Positions 62,701-64,000 of a stretch of 64,000 nucleotides of DNA are shown here, piece by piece. The notes beneath the pieces were generated by a model. It saw only the letters and a list, made by a program, of their open reading frames with translations, made no database searches and was not told the DNA's origin. Position numbers and translations under genes: made by a program. This stretch comes from Candidatus Hydrogenedentota bacterium. GTDB lineage: Bacteria > Hydrogenedentota > Hydrogenedentia > Hydrogenedentales > SLHB01. The stretch's first letter is position 1. Every line of letters starts with the position of its first letter. Location: NCBI GenBank assembly GCA_029974275.1, contig JARKSN010000084.1, positions 1-64,000 of the forward strand, read 5' to 3'.

Positions 62701-63172
62701 CGACGCGATGCGCCGCATCATCATCCTGATCCAGGAGACGATGAAGCGTCGACTCGATCATTTCGTCGACAAGCATCGTGGCTTCGGCCTCGGTCAGAAC
62801 GGCAAAGTCAGGGTCTTCCCCATAGCGTAAGGCATACTGTTTGAATAGGCTCATGCAAAAAGAATGAAACGTGGAAATGCGGGCGGTCTCCACCCTCCGC
62901 TCGAGACGACGCCAACGCGTCTGCTCCTCCGGCGAAGCCGCCTCGTCACCGCGAAGACGAAACGCGCCACGAAGACGCGACTTCATTTCCGCAGCGGCGT
63001 TGTCGGTAAAGGTGATGGCCACCATCTCGTCAAGGTCGGCGGCGCCCGTCTCGATGATTCGCAGTATGCGCTCGACAAGAACCCGGGTCTTTCCAGAACC
63101 GGCAGAGGCATCCACGCAAAGGCGCTTGCTGTCGCGCGTGATCGCCCTATGTTGCGCGGGAGTGGCTTTCAT
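59759..63172 (-). CDS. addA: AddA-like UvrD-family helicase with C-terminal PD-(D/E)XK nuclease
   Basis: ASAGSGKT, ITFT, TFHSF, IDEFQDT, VGDAKQSIY.FRGA, FRS, TIHQSKGLE, YVALTRA; nuclease GTID...DYKTG...QL..YA. Confidence 0.88.
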   Translation of the reverse strand: MKATPAQHRAITRDSKRLCVDASAGSGKTRVLVERILRIIETGAADLDEMVAITFTDNAAAEMKSRLRGAFRLRGDEAASPEEQTRWRRLERRVETARISTFHSFCMSLFKQYALRYGEDPDFAVLTEAEATMLVDEMIESTLHRLLDQDDDAAHRVAVEFGIRTLSQMFRVMLDRRHLLERGDGDWGLFDEETLIATRIRVLAEEAARLATVFLTRPEVRRWRSDLASAANGCDDPSEKRERERREWLAFLSIDPLVAPADRIERELSALMGGRPSGRACGDKWHSKEKYECAGRAITEIREFAKAFVFEKPEPDVERRAARMTRDLFATFACIAAAYDETKRQRSVRDFDDLIRAAHRLLSREESIRLEVAQGIRHLLIDEFQDTDSRQLEIAELLANAENGPDLFVVGDAKQSIYLFRGAEVEVFCKAQNAAGTENAIPLDSSFRSAPELLRFVNDFFASTGLLTAVAPTYRPLEAHRPPANECRVEFLLPPADDPARNRSDYRAIEAELIARRIAQMCSGPDRVSIGSGEDSRPAEFGDVALLFRTLNDVHSYERALKERGIPYALIAGRGYYQRPEIVDLRNFLTLVCDPWNEIALLGYLRGPLVGLSDDSILLLAHGRGLADSFHSDWTPEDFAQRENLDWARNLLQELRLLRDAPLYDFLSEVMHRTHIEAIALGQFLGRRRALNLRKALDLAADFTRSRPARLSLFVRYLDRLSREELREGEAALAAGPEGSVVLTTIHQSKGLEYPIVFVPDISRNRRSEGEGSLDLHPAVGPAVGFLDEEGRSVKPPLSKLIRLDRELRARDEFARLLYVALTRARDWLTLSGAPTIAGAPQSWLAVFEREYGVLAANDGAIVSPKRDGAPIAIRVRRSVPDVRPPAAESQSDCCCDVSAILRRVASIESKPIVRSAFSVTEVAREMASGEWMEAPNAPAPDGPRPDLSSLFMNARVRGEMIHALLERWDGTLNAEIWIDAVVRRYCPVPSLHDSLKRDMRLLLERMHASPLRQWWSRDSRIVREKSFVLRVDDALLSGTIDAYMPQGPILDYKTGERTRASSLQYEYQLLLYASAMRALTGRTPTAAYLLYTDASDLHETPLSPARIDNALERARAAMRTLNGVPVFSGERKKEES

Positions 63173-64000
63173 AGCGGCGATTCCTCGAGTTTTCCAGCGA
63201 TGCGCCATTCCTCATACCGGCACGCGCGCCGGAACGGACAATACCGGCATGCCGTCTCTGACGGGGAGGGCGGGAACTTGCCGTCGCGGATTCCCTCGGC
63301 GCCGTGAAACGCAGCGTCAATCGCTACTTGCCTGCGGGTCTCCCACTTCGGATTTTTCCCCGCTCGGCCCAACGCTTCGAGGGAATCATCTCCCGGAACG
63401 ACAAACCGCCCCTCGGCGCAAACGAACCCCTTCAGCAACAACGCTTCCAGCGCCAAAGCATATAAAGAAAGCTGAAGGCTGCGCCCGGCGTCAATGGCCG
63501 CAGAAGAGACGCGCAAAACGGTTTTGTAATCAATAATGCGCGCGAGAGACTGCTGATCATGGATATCTATGCGATCCATGCGTCCCGACAACCTCAAGAT
63601 TTTTCCCTCACGCTGCAGCGCAAACGCCTCGGCGGTGTTCCATTCGCTGTCGGATTCCCGGGGAGCCCTTCCGAAGGAAATCTCAAAATGCATCGGTTTC
63701 CAACAGGCTTCCTGACTGTTGCCCGCTTCGCGGCGCAGATACCGCAGCAGACGCGCCCGAAGCTGCGCCTGCTCCACGCCGGCAACGCCGCGAGGCGCAT
63801 TGGCGCTGCGCCAAGCGTGCTCGTGAAAACAGGCTTCGAGAATATCGCACATCACGGCGTGCGCCTCGCCAGGATCGATTTCGAGAATCGCCTTGCCACG
63901 GTAATGCTCGTGAAAACGTTGAAGCGCCACATGAAGAATACGGCCTCGCACACGCGGCTCAAATTCGGCCGCAGGCGTTGCGATATCGGAAATGCCGAGA
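63169..64000 (-). CDS. addB: AddB-like PD-(D/E)XK nuclease subunit, C-terminal part; 5' end lies outside the window
   Basis: RG.ILH, GRMDRID, IIDYKT, LQLSLYA, Fe-S cysteines CRYC....C. ATGA overlap with addA; frame open to the window edge. Confidence 0.82.
   Translation of the reverse strand, partial: LGISDIATPAAEFEPRVRGRILHVALQRFHEHYRGKAILEIDPGEAHAVMCDILEACFHEHAWRSANAPRGVAGVEQAQLRARLLRYLRREAGNSQEACWKPMHFEISFGRAPRESDSEWNTAEAFALQREGKILRLSGRMDRIDIHDQQSLARIIDYKTVLRVSSAAIDAGRSLQLSLYALALEALLLKGFVCAEGRFVVPGDDSLEALGRAGKNPKWETRRQVAIDAAFHGAEGIRDGKFPPSPSETACRYCPFRRACRYEEWRIAGKLEESPL

Noticed and set aside
59759..64000. Helicase plus PD-(D/E)XK nuclease pair as an anti-phage or Cas4-like module
   Set aside because: Order, overlap, size and Fe-S cysteines fit housekeeping AddAB; no CRISPR array or cas genes present.

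Overview
GC-rich bacterial chromosomal window of about 49 densely packed CDSs. I see no rRNA, tRNA, CRISPR array, transposase or prophage. A PEP-CTERM protein, an Mla/Mce lipid transporter and a 'DVQLVINxAL'-type dockerin on a giant beta-helix protein suggest a diderm, possibly Candidatus Hydrogenedentota (inference only). Housekeeping genes: ligA, an EF-G paralog, dtd, queC, thiC, sucCD, rsmE, glgX, PHP histidinol phosphatase, addAB-like. Also present: a pstSCAB-phoU operon with an orphan PhoB-type regulator, sugar-metabolism genes, two URO-D-fold proteins, two PP2C/SpoIIE sensor phosphatases and envelope glycosylation genes. Best observations: (1) a Pho box derivable from this window (TCCTAAC, 11-bp period) upstream of pstS and phoB, with a third copy upstream of an mgtC-family gene; (2) a sigma-54 promoter plus IHF site ahead of a PEP-CTERM gene whose ~190-nt leader begins with a possible H-type pseudoknot; (3) two intact-looking probable pseudoenzymes (secreted GH36-like; AsnB-like); (4) a membrane sensor fusing a FixL-like PAS, PP2C and an RsbW-type kinase; (5) an SDR-DegT aminotransferase fusion; (6) a probably leaderless ligA transcript. 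All calls come from reading motifs by eye; no searches were run, and start codons are best estimates.
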